Positions 26,982-36,761 of a DNA stretch of 64,000 nt are shown piece by piece (the stretch's first letter is position 1; each line of letters starts with the position of its first letter). Source of the DNA: Planctomycetota bacterium (GTDB lineage Bacteria > Planctomycetota > UBA8108 > SXIK01); assembly GCA_965223265.1 (NCBI GenBank), contig OZ244999.1, forward strand, positions 2,144,001 to 2,208,000, written 5' to 3'. Below the pieces are notes generated by a model that searched no databases, had not been told where the DNA came from, and saw only the letters and a list, made by a program, of their open reading frames with translations. A program made the position numbers and the translations under genes.

Positions 26982-27704
26982 ATGTCTCCTCCCCTGCGTG
27001 GGATCTTTTTCGACATTGACGACACGCTCTGCTGCACCAGCGAGTTCACCGAGAAGGCCCGCTCGGCGGCGCTCGACGCCATGATCGAGGCGGGATTGGC
27101 TGTCGACAAGCAGCTACTCGAAGAAGAGCTTGCGGAGGTGATCAAAGAGTTCTCATCGAACTACGAGCATCACCTCGACAAGCTTCTTGTCCGCATTCCA
27201 CGGCGCCACTACCGAGGTATGAACACTGCGGTCCTGATCGCGGCCGGGGTCATCGCCTACCACGAGAATAAGATGCGATATCTCGCACCGTACGAGGACG
27301 CCTACGAAGTCTTGAAGTTGCTGTCGAAAACCGACCTCGTCCTCGGCGTGATCACGGAAGGACTGGAGGTCAAGCAAGCTGAAAAACTCGTGCGCATGCG
27401 GGTGCACAATTTTCTCACCCCGAACGCGATTTTTGTCTCCAATCAGATCGGTATCTCGAAGCCTAACCCTAAGATTTACCAGCGTGCGTGCAGCGATCTT
27501 AATTTGCGCCCTACGGAAGTGATGTACGTCGGTGACAACCCGCAAAATGACATCGACCCACCAAACAAGATCGGCATGATGTCGGCACGCATGCGTCGCG
27601 GCAAGTACGCCCAGCTGGAGAGCGAAACCCCCGCGAACATCGACGTTCAGAACTTTTGGGATCTTCTCGACCACCTCAGGCAAGAGTTTTCTCTCGACGT
27701 TTGA
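26982..27704 (+). CDS. HAD-superfamily hydrolase (subfamily IA phosphatase)
   Basis: FFDIDDTL motif I, ITEG motif II, SKPNP motif III, YVGDNPQNDI motif IV. Confidence 0.9.
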   Translation: MSPPLRGIFFDIDDTLCCTSEFTEKARSAALDAMIEAGLAVDKQLLEEELAEVIKEFSSNYEHHLDKLLVRIPRRHYRGMNTAVLIAAGVIAYHENKMRYLAPYEDAYEVLKLLSKTDLVLGVITEGLEVKQAEKLVRMRVHNFLTPNAIFVSNQIGISKPNPKIYQRACSDLNLRPTEVMYVGDNPQNDIDPPNKIGMMSARMRRGKYAQLESETPANIDVQNFWDLLDHLRQEFSLDV

Positions 27705-27746
27705 CGCGAAGACTCGAGGGTGGCGGCGCTAGAGCGACGACAAACG

Positions 27747-27918
27747 CTACAGCCCCATCGCAACGTCATTCGGCCGAGAATCTCGGCTTTTCACGCCCCG
27801 TTCGGAGTCCCCATAGTCGCTGCAACACATGGAGTCGGAGATTCTGCGGTCGGGGTGGCTGAACTGGACCGGAAGAGACTAATGTTCGAATCTAAACACT
27901 TTTCAATAGGCCGCTCAG
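27747..27918 (+). repeat. Decayed full-length copy of the palindromic MITE-like element
   Basis: GTCATTCGGCCGAGAA..CGGCTTTTCACGCCC...CGGAGATT..GGCTGAACTGGAC..CACTTTTCAATAGGCCGCT is colinear with 8926-9092. Confidence 0.7.
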
Positions 27919-27931
27919 CCAAGGCTCCGTC

Positions 27932-28969
27932 GTGACCACCAGAGGCGTTCGACTCCCGATCAGCGTTGTGATCCCTCTCCTCAACGAGAGAGAAAGCTTG
28001 CCCGAGTTGCACGCTCGCCTTCGGGAACACCTACCTTCTTCTGCGGAGCTCATCTTCGTCGACGACGGAAGCACGGACGGCAGTGACCAAATCCTTCACG
28101 AGTTGCAGAGGGAAGATGAAGAGGTGGTTGTGATCCGCTTGCGACGTAACTTCGGCAAAGCCGTAGCTCTCGCAGCTGGCTTTCGCCAAGCGCGTGGCAG
28201 TTTGATCGCCATGAGCGATGCGGATTTGCAAGACAGCCCTCAGGAGATCATGAAGGTTGCTGCGAAGATTGACGAAGGGTTCGACCTTGTCAGCGGTTGG
28301 CGACGTCGGCGTCAAGACTCGACGATCAAGGTGTGGGGGTCTTGGGTTTTCAACTGGATCGTTAGCGTCGTCGCAGGCATACGGGTTCATGATGTGAACT
28401 GCGGCCTCAAAGTCATGAGACGTGAGGTTGTGCGCAGCGTCCAACTCTCCGTTGGGTTTCATCGATTCATTCCTTTGCTGGCACACTGGCGCGGCTTTCG
28501 CGTCACTGAAGTCGAAGTCGATCACGCGCCGCGACGATTCGGTCGTTCGCGCTATGGGACGGATCGTGCTCTGCGAGGTCTTCTCGACTTGACTGTGCTC
28601 CTGTTCCTCAATCGCTTCGAGCGGCGACCAGGACGTTTCTTTCTCGTCCTCGGAGGAGGGCTCGGATGTTTCGGCTTTGCGATTTGTCTGCAGCTGGCCT
28701 GCGTGTGGTTCGCAACGGGCAGCATTCAGAGCCGATTTCCGCGGCTGGCGCTTGGCCTCGTCTTGATGGTTGTCGGCGTACAAGTCTTCTCCATGGGGCT
28801 GTTTGGCGAACTCCTCGCGCAGCAGTTTCGAGCTCTTGGCAAAGCGGAACCTGCCGCCGTCGTGTTCCGTGGTGGTCGACGCACACCCTCCCGCCGCCGG
28901 CGACGTCGACCGCGAGGGAAAGCGCGCTCCGAGGCGATGCGCGACGGTGACGCAGGGGATGCACTTTGA
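27932..28969 (+). CDS. GT2 glycosyltransferase, ArnC/polyprenol-phosphate glycosyltransferase-like
   Basis: SVVIPLLNE, FVDDGSTD, RRNFGKA, DADLQD, HDVNCGLK, HRFIP motifs; two C-terminal TMs. Confidence 0.88.
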   Translation: MTTRGVRLPISVVIPLLNERESLPELHARLREHLPSSAELIFVDDGSTDGSDQILHELQREDEEVVVIRLRRNFGKAVALAAGFRQARGSLIAMSDADLQDSPQEIMKVAAKIDEGFDLVSGWRRRRQDSTIKVWGSWVFNWIVSVVAGIRVHDVNCGLKVMRREVVRSVQLSVGFHRFIPLLAHWRGFRVTEVEVDHAPRRFGRSRYGTDRALRGLLDLTVLLFLNRFERRPGRFFLVLGGGLGCFGFAICLQLACVWFATGSIQSRFPRLALGLVLMVVGVQVFSMGLFGELLAQQFRALGKAEPAAVVFRGGRRTPSRRRRRRPRGKARSEAMRDGDAGDAL

Positions 28970-30342
28970 TCCCTGCCGTCGCCGATTCTCAGGCTGGCAT
29001 TCGCACTGTGCTACCGTCGCGACGCGAGGGGCTGCGTCGGCTGATGGTGCTTTCGGCGGCGTACCCGTCGCCAGCAGAGCCACAGCGCGGCGTCTTCATC
29101 GAGAATCTCAACAGTGAGCTGATCGTGCACCTAGATCCTCCGTGCGCTCTCACAGTGGTTGCCCCTCGAGTTCACCGAGCCGACCCGACACGTGAGACTC
29201 GGCGCCGCGGCGTTCGCGTGCTGCGCTTTCGGTATCCCGGGGGCGGGCGACGCCTCAAGGAACTTGCCCGCCCGGGGATTCTCCTTCTGGCACTCTACTG
29301 CGTCTCCGCTTGGTGCACGGTCATGCGAGCGTCGATTCGGCGCCGTCCGGATGTGATGGTCGCCCATTGGGTGTTACCCATGGGACTCATCGCGGCTGCG
29401 GCGTCGCTGTTCGTGCGTTGTCCGTTTGTCGTCTTCGCTCATGGCTCAGACATCTACCGCTACACCGTCGGAGACGGACAGCGCGCTTCGCTGCAGCGCT
29501 GGCTCGCGAAATGGACCCTACGGAGGGCACACCGCGTCTTTGCTGTCAGCCGTGAACTCGAGGAGATCCTCTGGCGCCGTTTTCGCGTGCCGCTCGAGCG
29601 TCTGCGGCATTTACCCATGGGAGTTGACGAGCGTTACTTTGGGAGCGAGGCGGCAGGCAGCGTCGAGAGTGATGCGGCGACTCACCCCTCTTCCGACGAC
29701 GAGTCGTGTCGACACACCGCAGCCGAGTCCTCGACACTGACGCCGGTGTGTCGATCGACGGGGGCGCCCGGATCTACACCTGCCACCCGTGTGCTCTTTG
29801 TCGGCGATCTCGTCGCCGCGAAAGGCGTCGCCGAGCTCGTGCAGGTCTGGCGATCGTTGGCCCCGGGCTACCCGGGGCTGCAGCTTTGCTTTCTCGGCGA
29901 TGGGCCGCTTGCGGCTCTCGTGAAAGCGGAGCTCGACGACCTGATCGGGACTGCGCAGGTGCTCGTCTGCGGCCGAGTGGAGCAGAAGGAACTGGCGTCG
30001 TGGTACCGCAGCTCCGACCTCCTCGTCTTGCCGTCGCATTCCGAAGGCACTCCGGTCGTCGTGCTTGAGGCGTTGTCCTGCGGTCTGCCGGTCGTGGCCA
30101 CGCGCGTCGGCGGCATTCCGGAGGTCGTGGCGGATGGCAAGACGGGGCGAATCATTCCGCCGCGCTCGCCACAGGTGCTCGAGATGACGCTCAAGACGCT
30201 TCTTGTCGATTCTCCATCGCTACTGGCAACGATGCGCCAACACCTGCGGACGAATCCTCCTCGCCTTGGCGCCCGAGTGCGCGCGCGTCAGGCGGCAGAC
30301 GAGCTGCGACGTATTCTCGAGGAGCGGGCGCATGGCGTTTGA
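28966..30342 (+). CDS. GT4 family glycosyltransferase
   Basis: HGSDI, VLFVGDLVAAKGV, LPSHSEGTPVVVLEALSCGLPVVATRVGGIPE. Confidence 0.9.
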   Translation: MIPAVADSQAGIRTVLPSRREGLRRLMVLSAAYPSPAEPQRGVFIENLNSELIVHLDPPCALTVVAPRVHRADPTRETRRRGVRVLRFRYPGGGRRLKELARPGILLLALYCVSAWCTVMRASIRRRPDVMVAHWVLPMGLIAAAASLFVRCPFVVFAHGSDIYRYTVGDGQRASLQRWLAKWTLRRAHRVFAVSRELEEILWRRFRVPLERLRHLPMGVDERYFGSEAAGSVESDAATHPSSDDESCRHTAAESSTLTPVCRSTGAPGSTPATRVLFVGDLVAAKGVAELVQVWRSLAPGYPGLQLCFLGDGPLAALVKAELDDLIGTAQVLVCGRVEQKELASWYRSSDLLVLPSHSEGTPVVVLEALSCGLPVVATRVGGIPEVVADGKTGRIIPPRSPQVLEMTLKTLLVDSPSLLATMRQHLRTNPPRLGARVRARQAADELRRILEERAHGV

Positions 30343-31045
30343 CCCGCAGAGGTACTACGACGATTACTGGCGTTCGCGCGGCGACGAGCGAACGGCCGCG
30401 CGTAGCCGCGAGCGGGCGCAGGCGGTGCTGGCGTTGCTGGGGCCCGCGCGCAACCGGCGGCTGCTGGAGATCGGCTGCGGTCCGGGGTGGGCCCTGAAGA
30501 TGTTCGTTGACGCCGGGTTCGACGCTCGCGGTGTTGACGTCTCGTCAGACGCCGTCGAAAGGGCCAGGGCGGCGGGGCTGAGGGCGATCGTCGGCGACGC
30601 TGAGTCGGACGTCCTCTGCTCGAAACCCGGCGCCGGCGAAACTCCTGAGATCGCGGACGTCGTCGTTGCGCTCGAGGTTCTTGAGCACCTTGTCGATCCA
30701 GCTGCAGCGCTGCAGCGGATGCGCCAACTGCTGACGCCCGGAGGTCGGCTTGTGGTCTCACTGCCCAACGAAGTCGCGCTACCGGCGCGGCTGTCGATCT
30801 TGTGGGGGCGGCTGCCGTTTGGCGGCCACGCGGATCCGCACGTCAGACACTTCGACCGTCGACGCGCGCTCGAGCTCTTTGATGCCGTCGGCCTTTCCGT
30901 TGTCGCTACACGGCCGATGCCTCTCGTTCCGCCTCGATGGCGTCTGCTGCAAGCGCTGATGATGCCAGCGACTAGTCTGTTTCCCGGCAGCTTCGCGATT
31001 GCTACAGTCTTTCTGTTGTGCGCTGAGGAGAGCGGTGCAGCGTAA
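30332..31045 (+). CDS. Class I SAM-dependent methyltransferase
   Basis: LLEIGCGPG, GVDVS, EVLEHLVDP, LTPGGRLVVSLPN. Confidence 0.88.
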   Translation: MAFDPQRYYDDYWRSRGDERTAARSRERAQAVLALLGPARNRRLLEIGCGPGWALKMFVDAGFDARGVDVSSDAVERARAAGLRAIVGDAESDVLCSKPGAGETPEIADVVVALEVLEHLVDPAAALQRMRQLLTPGGRLVVSLPNEVALPARLSILWGRLPFGGHADPHVRHFDRRRALELFDAVGLSVVATRPMPLVPPRWRLLQALMMPATSLFPGSFAIATVFLLCAEESGAA

Positions 31046-33950
31046 TCTCACGCGATACTATCCCTGGTTGGTCGGTGTGGTGCTTGTCGCCGCTGCGGCG
31101 CTTCCCTACGGGGGGGTGCTCAATGCGCCGTTTGTTTTCGACGACATCAAACTCGTCCGCGACAACGCCTTTCTTCGCGGCGCGATTGAAGAGCCGTCCG
31201 CCGTCATCGAAACGTTCGACATCACCTCGAACCGATGGGCTGACGAGGAGCTGCGGCCCAATTACAGACCACTGCGGTTCCTCTCCTATTTCGTCGACTA
31301 TTGGCTCACAGTGAGCTGGTACGGCAAGGCGGCAGCGGAGGACTTGCCAACGTTCTTTTTTCACTTCACGAACGTACTGTTTCACGTCTTGAATGCTCTG
31401 CTCGTCTTTGCTCTGGCGCGCGTGCTGCTGACAGACTGTTCGCAAGGTGAGACAGTGTCAGGTGCGAAGAAGAGAGCTCCGTCTCCTGCGATACTCTTTG
31501 GTGCCACCGCAGCGGGCGTTCTTTTCGCGCTCCACCCTTTACAGACAGAAGCAGTGACGTATATCTCCGGGCGGCGTGATGTACTCTCGACTTCGCTCTT
31601 TCTTGGCGCGCTCTTGCTTTCAGTGCGCGCACTGCCGACGCGGCCGGTAGGTTGGCTGGCCTTGTTCGCAGCGCCGCTCCTCTTTGTCGGTGGCATGCTG
31701 ACAAAGGAGATGGTGATCACGTTGGCGCCTCTCCTCGCGGTCGTTGATTGGCTCCGCGGCGCGAAGCCTCTGCGGCGACGCGTGGCGCTTCACTCTGCGC
31801 TGTGGGTCTTGACTGCCGCTTTCATCGTCTTGACGCTGAACAACCGCGCGCTCATTGCGTCGGCAGCGCTCGGTGAGAGTGAGAGCGCGTTTTGGACTGC
31901 CTCACGGTATGTCGCGCGATACTTGGGCCTTTTGGCTTTCCCGGTCGGGCAAAGCATCGACTACAGTTTCGCCGCATTGACACCGTCGACCGGACCCACT
32001 TCGCCGTGGACGACGCTGCCTGCGGCGGCCCTGACGTTAGCCATGGTCCTGGTCGGCGTCGGCTGCTGCGCAGTGGGGCGCGTTTCGTTCACGCCTCGGC
32101 GGACTCGAGGAAGACCGTGGGGAATCGTTGCTCTCGGATTGCTCTGGTTTCTCGGGGTTCTCGTGCCGGTCCTTCAGTTTGTCCCAATTCCAGAGCGGTT
32201 CGCTGAGCGGTATGCCTATCTGCCGGGAATCGGGCTGTTCTTGCTTTTGGGAGGTGGTCTGGCGGTACTCTGGAGGCGTGAGCGTACCGTTGCACTTGTG
32301 TTCGCATGTTTTGTATCCGTTGTGCTGGCGACCGCAACGGTGCGCCGCAATCAGGCTTGGACGTCTCCGCTTTCGCTGTGGACCTCCGCAGTCGAATCAC
32401 AGCCCCGCGCTGCGCGGGCGCACGTCGGACGAGCGCACGCGCTCAAAGTGGCGGGGCGCCGACGCGAAGCCGTGCGGGAGTATTCTGTTGCGCTTGAGAT
32501 TTTTCGTGAACGACCCGATGCGCCGCTGCACCACGGCTACATTCTCCAGGCGCTCACGTTTCGAGCAGAGCTCTATGCTTCGCTCGCTGACGACGATGCC
32601 GCACTTCTCGATCGCGCCGCTGAAGACTACGCCCTTGTCCTGTCGCTCAAAGATACCGATGGAGTCACCATTGCCGGATCTGCCAAGCACACCGCGATTC
32701 ACTTCAACTATGCCAGTGTGCTTCTGAGGAGAGGAGACCTTGCCGCCGCCGACGCGGAGTACGATCGCGTGATCGCCATTGGCACGCCAGCCAATTTGGT
32801 GGGTAGTGCCCACTACTATCTCGGCAAGATCTACTTGGCGCAGAGCCAAGAGCGGGAAGCGCTGCAGTCTTTCCGGCGTGCCTTCGATGAGCTTCCGGGT
32901 GCGGCACGCGAGACCCATCGCGTCGCCGCGGAGCTGGTTGATCTGTTGATCGCGCGCGGCGATCTCGCCGACGCCGACACCTTGATCCAAGCTGCACTTG
33001 ACCGCGGCGCGGACGGGAAGGAAAAGCTTCATTTGCTGCTGCGCCGCGCCAAGATTCTGGATCGGCAGGGCGAGCTTGCGATGAGCATCGACGTGCTTGA
33101 AACGATTCGGCGCCAGGATGACACCTATCTACCGGCGCTGATTTCCCTGGCAGGGATTAAAACGAATCAGGGCGAGTTCGAAGCGAGCGCGGAGCTCCTT
33201 CAGCACGCCCTCCAGCTCTCACCCGGCCATACGGAAGCCCTGCAGGCGTTGCGACGTTTGGAGGTTCAGCGGCGGATGAGTGCGACTGGCGGCGGCGAAG
33301 ATGGTAATACTGACGGCGGCGATCAGGAGCAGGAGACGATGCTGCGTGGGATCGCTGAAAAGGGGGCACAGCACGTCGGTCGGCTCGAGCTCAAGGCAGC
33401 TCAGCAGGTCTACACGGAGTTGCTCCGTCGCGCGGAGACGCTGGAGAATCTTCACTATCAGACGAAAGCTCTTGTCGGCATAGCAACTGTTCAGTCTCGT
33501 CTCGGACTCTGGGACCGCTGTCGGGAGGCGGCGGAGCGGGCGCACCGCTTAGCGCCGCGAGCGTCAGAGCCTCTACGTCTCTTGGCTGACAGCTACTTCG
33601 TCACCGCCGTCGAGGATGAACGGAGCCGCGGCTACTATCTCCGCTTCGTTGAAACCGTCGGCGAGGAGCCCGTTCCAGCATACGCCCTGGCGCGTCTCGC
33701 AGCGCTTTCCGTCGCGTCCGACGCGACACAAGCTGAAGAGTTTTTGCGGCGCGCGATCGAACGCAAATATGCGGGTCCTGAAGTCGCGTACGCGCGCGGC
33801 TTCTTGCATGCGCTCCGCAAGGACTGGGCAAGCGCGCTCGACGCCTTCAACGAATATCTCGACGCCGCCCCGCGCTCCGAAGTGGCGCGTAGCGAACAGG
33901 TGCGGAAGTACGTCGACGAGAACGTGGTTCCTCACCTTCTCAGCGAGTGA
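31035..33950 (+). CDS. TMTC-like GT-C membrane glycosyltransferase with C-terminal TPR array
   Basis: PFVFDD, YRPL, FHFTNVLFH, HPLQTEAVTYISGR, LTKE, AERYAYLP motifs; multiple TMs followed by TPRs; GTG start with GAGGAG RBS. Confidence 0.8.
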   Translation: MQRNLTRYYPWLVGVVLVAAAALPYGGVLNAPFVFDDIKLVRDNAFLRGAIEEPSAVIETFDITSNRWADEELRPNYRPLRFLSYFVDYWLTVSWYGKAAAEDLPTFFFHFTNVLFHVLNALLVFALARVLLTDCSQGETVSGAKKRAPSPAILFGATAAGVLFALHPLQTEAVTYISGRRDVLSTSLFLGALLLSVRALPTRPVGWLALFAAPLLFVGGMLTKEMVITLAPLLAVVDWLRGAKPLRRRVALHSALWVLTAAFIVLTLNNRALIASAALGESESAFWTASRYVARYLGLLAFPVGQSIDYSFAALTPSTGPTSPWTTLPAAALTLAMVLVGVGCCAVGRVSFTPRRTRGRPWGIVALGLLWFLGVLVPVLQFVPIPERFAERYAYLPGIGLFLLLGGGLAVLWRRERTVALVFACFVSVVLATATVRRNQAWTSPLSLWTSAVESQPRAARAHVGRAHALKVAGRRREAVREYSVALEIFRERPDAPLHHGYILQALTFRAELYASLADDDAALLDRAAEDYALVLSLKDTDGVTIAGSAKHTAIHFNYASVLLRRGDLAAADAEYDRVIAIGTPANLVGSAHYYLGKIYLAQSQEREALQSFRRAFDELPGAARETHRVAAELVDLLIARGDLADADTLIQAALDRGADGKEKLHLLLRRAKILDRQGELAMSIDVLETIRRQDDTYLPALISLAGIKTNQGEFEASAELLQHALQLSPGHTEALQALRRLEVQRRMSATGGGEDGNTDGGDQEQETMLRGIAEKGAQHVGRLELKAAQQVYTELLRRAETLENLHYQTKALVGIATVQSRLGLWDRCREAAERAHRLAPRASEPLRLLADSYFVTAVEDERSRGYYLRFVETVGEEPVPAYALARLAALSVASDATQAEEFLRRAIERKYAGPEVAYARGFLHALRKDWASALDAFNEYLDAAPRSEVARSEQVRKYVDENVVPHLLSE

Positions 33951-33959
33951 CCGGATCGG

Positions 33960-36623
33960 ATGCATCGGCGTAGTTTCCTGCTGCTATGTTGTCTTCTATT
34001 CCTGACCGGCGGCGCGGCGGTGGGAGTCGAGGTCGTGTGGGCAGGGATGCTCCGGCGTGTTTTGGGCTCAACCTCGTTCGCCCTCGCGGCGGTGTTGGCA
34101 GGGTTTCTGCTCGGCATGGGCTGCGGCGGCTATCTCGGAGAACGTCGTCTCCAGTCGATTGAGCGTCCGCTGCGCGCCTACGGCGTGTGTGAGATCATCG
34201 CTGCGTGCGCGTCTCTGTTCTTGACTGCGCTGCTGTCGATGCTCTCTAACTGGCATGGCGTCGTGGCGACACCGTTGGCTCTTTTGGGACCCGCGGCCGC
34301 GACGATTCCGCTCGGCGCCACCTTCCCGTTCTTGGTGGCCGCGTTAGAGGGCAACCGCGCGGCAGGCGACCAAGTGCGGCGCGTTTATGGCTGGAACGCG
34401 GTCGGAGGCGCCTGCGCTGCAGTAGGTGTCGGACTGGCACTGATTCCCGCCATCGGCGAGTTCCGCTCTGTTCTCCTGCTGTCGTTGATCCAGGCCGCCT
34501 GCGGATTGGTCGCGATACTGATCTGGCGTTCGCCACGCGGTCTGGAATTCGGCGCGCGGGTCGCGCCCGGCGCCCGTTCGACCTCGACGGCGCAGGCAGC
34601 GACCGATGCAGCGCGCGGCGCCCCTTGGCGACCTCGTCAGTCGACGACGTCGGTGCCGGTGCCCGTTTGGGCGTTTCTCCTCGTCTCAGGCTGCGCGGTC
34701 TTTTTCTGGGAGGTGCTTTGGTCGCGCATCCTCGTACTCACGGTCGGTGGCACGGTGTACGCCTTTGCCGTGGTCAGCGCCGCCGTGATCTTAGGAATCG
34801 GCGTCGGTAGTTTGTGTGTATCGCACAGAAGGATGGTCCAACACGGCGCATGGATCCTGCCGGCAGCGGTGACGACGTTGACGTCCGTGCTCTATTTTTT
34901 CGTGCCGAGCTTTCCCGTCGTGTACCTCACCGCCGTCCGGTTCTTCGACGACTCGCCCTTGGTGTGGGGCAGCCTTGGTGCCGGCGCGCTTGTTTTCGTG
35001 CCAAACTTTCTCCTCGGCAGTGTCTTTCCGATTCTCGTCGCTCGCTGGCGGCGACGAGCAGGCAGCTTTTACGCCATCAACTCGCTCGGAGCGGCGAGTG
35101 GCGCCCTTTTGGCAGGTCCGCTTGCTGCCAGTTGGTTGGGTCTCGAAGACACCTACCTCGTCGGCCTAGCCCTTCTTCTCCTGTTGACTTCGTTGGGGGG
35201 CGTCATGGCGCTGCGGAGTACGCGCGGTGACGAGAGCGCGGTGACGCGCCGTGGGGCGATGATTGTCGTGTGCCTACCGCTTGCCTGTGTGGCAACCATG
35301 CTTGTTCTCCGTTCGACCCTATTTTCGAGCGGCTGGGACCATCGTTACCTACTTTCGGGTGTCTACCAATGGGCCGCTCCGGACCTGTTCGACGCGTCGC
35401 TGTCGATCGAAAAACGTTTTGCGGACCAGACCCAAGTGGCTGTGGTTGAGGGCCGTGAGGTGATCGTTTCGGTCGACGTGGATCGCCTGGCGAACACCGT
35501 GTACGTGCGTTCAAACGGTAAGGTCGAGGGCAGCGTGCCCCTCGACCCCGAACGCGGTAGTCTGGCGGATCTCCCGACCCAGATCCTTCTCGGAGAGTTG
35601 GCGTCACAGCTATGGAATCCCCGTGAGCCGTTCTCTGCGCTTCTCATCGGCCTGGGTAGTGGCGTTTCGCTCGGTGCGTTGATCGAAGGGGCGGGGCCAG
35701 GATACCGTCCAGAGAGTGTCGACGTGATTGAGCTTGAATCGGGGTTTTTGACTGCGCTCAGGCACGAACGCGTCGCACCACTGTTCCGCGAACTATTGCC
35801 GCCCTGGATCTTGTCGGGAGGTAGCGCACCCGAAGGGCAGCCTCGTTGTGACTTTCACTTCGGCGACGCGCGTCGCCTCCTGCTGAGTCGTTTCCGCCAG
35901 AAGCGTTGGCACGTGATCGTTAGTCAGCCGTCCGAACCATGGATTCCTGGTGCGGCGCCCCTCTTTACGCAAGAGTTCTTTCAGCTCGCGAAGGCGAGGC
36001 TCGAGCCCGACGGCGTACTGATTCAATGGCTCCAGATGTACAAGCTCGAGGTGTCGACGCTGCGTCTCTTGATTCGGACGATGCGCCGAGAGTTCGCCGA
36101 GCTCTTCTTGCTGCGTCCTCCCGCGAGCGGGCAGCTGTTGATCGTGGCTTCGCAGGTGCGGCCCGACCTTTCGCGTCTGTTGAGCACGCCCGCCAGTCGT
36201 TTTCAATCGGCGACGCTCATCGAGATGCCGGCCGATCGCCTGGCGATTTTCCTCGGTGGCCCAGCTATCGTCGACGCTTGGGTAGGGCTTGATCCGTCGC
36301 TGCCGGTGAACAGAGACGACCTGAGCGTTACCGTTGAGCTGACGCGTTCACTCTATCGCCGCGACGACGCGGCTCGCCACAACCTCGAATTGCTCCAACA
36401 GAAGTTGGGGGGCGACTCGGTGTTCAACTATCTGGATCCGAGTCTGCGGAGTCGCGACGACTTGCGACACCTCCTTGCGCGCAGGAACGTGCGTCTCGGC
36501 GAGTGGACAGAAGCGTTACTGCTCCTCGAAGGTGACGCGAGTGACGCCGCGGCCGCGATCAGAAGCGAAATTGAGGAGCGCCAGCGGCAAGCAAGCCCTG
36601 ACCGAACGGCGCCATCTCGCTAA
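33960..36623 (+). CDS. Fused multi-TM (MFS-like) / spermidine synthase-like SAM-binding protein
   Basis: Duplicated EVxW..L membrane repeats; NGKVEGS, LLIGLGSGVS, DVIELE, GDARRLL, SQPSEPW, PLFTQEFF. Confidence 0.82.
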   Translation: MHRRSFLLLCCLLFLTGGAAVGVEVVWAGMLRRVLGSTSFALAAVLAGFLLGMGCGGYLGERRLQSIERPLRAYGVCEIIAACASLFLTALLSMLSNWHGVVATPLALLGPAAATIPLGATFPFLVAALEGNRAAGDQVRRVYGWNAVGGACAAVGVGLALIPAIGEFRSVLLLSLIQAACGLVAILIWRSPRGLEFGARVAPGARSTSTAQAATDAARGAPWRPRQSTTSVPVPVWAFLLVSGCAVFFWEVLWSRILVLTVGGTVYAFAVVSAAVILGIGVGSLCVSHRRMVQHGAWILPAAVTTLTSVLYFFVPSFPVVYLTAVRFFDDSPLVWGSLGAGALVFVPNFLLGSVFPILVARWRRRAGSFYAINSLGAASGALLAGPLAASWLGLEDTYLVGLALLLLLTSLGGVMALRSTRGDESAVTRRGAMIVVCLPLACVATMLVLRSTLFSSGWDHRYLLSGVYQWAAPDLFDASLSIEKRFADQTQVAVVEGREVIVSVDVDRLANTVYVRSNGKVEGSVPLDPERGSLADLPTQILLGELASQLWNPREPFSALLIGLGSGVSLGALIEGAGPGYRPESVDVIELESGFLTALRHERVAPLFRELLPPWILSGGSAPEGQPRCDFHFGDARRLLLSRFRQKRWHVIVSQPSEPWIPGAAPLFTQEFFQLAKARLEPDGVLIQWLQMYKLEVSTLRLLIRTMRREFAELFLLRPPASGQLLIVASQVRPDLSRLLSTPASRFQSATLIEMPADRLAIFLGGPAIVDAWVGLDPSLPVNRDDLSVTVELTRSLYRRDDAARHNLELLQQKLGGDSVFNYLDPSLRSRDDLRHLLARRNVRLGEWTEALLLLEGDASDAAAAIRSEIEERQRQASPDRTAPSR

Positions 36624-36761
36624 CGGTTTTTTCAACGGGCTGTTCATCCTGGATGTGCGACGGTCTTGGCGAGGCCGGCGCCCGAGGACGGCGGAACTAG
36701 TCGGCGCAGGGAGGGAAGACTTCGCTTGTGATTCGGTGACTCAGATCAGAAGATAGAGCGC

